Below, piece by piece: positions 63,621 to 64,000 of a stretch of 64,000 nt of DNA (its first letter is position 1; each line of letters opens with the position of its first letter). The position numbers and the translations under genes are program-made. Under the pieces are notes generated by a model. The model saw only the letters and a list, made by a program, of their open reading frames with translations. It did no database searches and was not told the origin of the DNA. This DNA is from Octopus sinensis. Its lineage: Eukaryota. The stretch spans positions 55,924,001 to 55,988,000 of the forward strand of contig NC_043008.1 of the NCBI RefSeq assembly GCF_006345805.1. Reading direction: 5' to 3'.

Positions 63621-64000
63621 CTGCAGTTTGGTTGTTTATCAGGCGAGCTCTGTAGAAAACTTTGTGACCCAATTTCGGTCCTCAGTTGAAGCTTTCCACT
63701 TTATTCTATTTGTCCTGGCGTACTTAAGAAATCGCATTAGAAGTATAAGTAGCTATACTTACACTCAAAGGATCTCAGCACTTTATGTTGACTAATTTTT
63801 AACGTCTCAAAACTTACGATGACTGCATCATACCGTATAGAAAAATAATACTTCACAGTCAATGATGGAGCCTCTTTCTTACCACTGAAGCTGCTAGAGA
63901 CAGCAGTCAAATCTCTCTTTCTTCTTTCTTCTATCTGCTCAGTCGAAGTCGACTCTCGGTTACTTGATGGATCAGTGTCCTCCAGTCAGTTCTATCCTGG

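Larger units (their letters stand above)
12908..64000 (+). other. Long intron of the MYO9-like gene (more than 51 kb, runs off the window)
   Basis: Donor at 12908. No sequence encoding the expected continuation AFGNAKT/NNNSSRFGK was found by eye downstream. Confidence 0.7.

Overview
Eukaryotic, AT-rich DNA saturated with microsatellites and SINEs. The repeat repertoire looks like an octopus genome; this is inference from recognition, not a database result. The only host gene I can support is a class IX myosin (MYO9-like) on the + strand. Its first coding exon is 11913-12907 (ATG 12083) and encodes a Ras-association domain plus the start of the motor with its P-loop. The expected next exon (AFGNAKT...) was not found, so at least 51 kb of the window is one intron. 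The rest is repeats: several tRNA-derived SINE families (local labels A, C, D, E, F, G), an RTE-related GAT-tailed retroposon (B), LINE 3' ends, Tc1/mariner and piggyBac-type MITEs, a canonical non-autonomous Helitron, and simple repeats. The observations most worth checking: (1) five Penelope-type repeats, each carrying a minimal hammerhead ribozyme motif with covarying stems; one has an intact core on the myosin sense strand and one sits in a 113-bp target duplication; (2) a single in-frame UAG, in ideal ADAR context, separating an open 5' frame from the myosin ORF; (3) a near-perfect 266-bp A-B-A repeat whose spacer carries an antisense ETS+TATA+Inr promoter about 1 kb from the exon; (4) several young fold-back structures that would form dsRNA in the pre-mRNA. 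SINE coordinates are approximate (about +/-10 bp).
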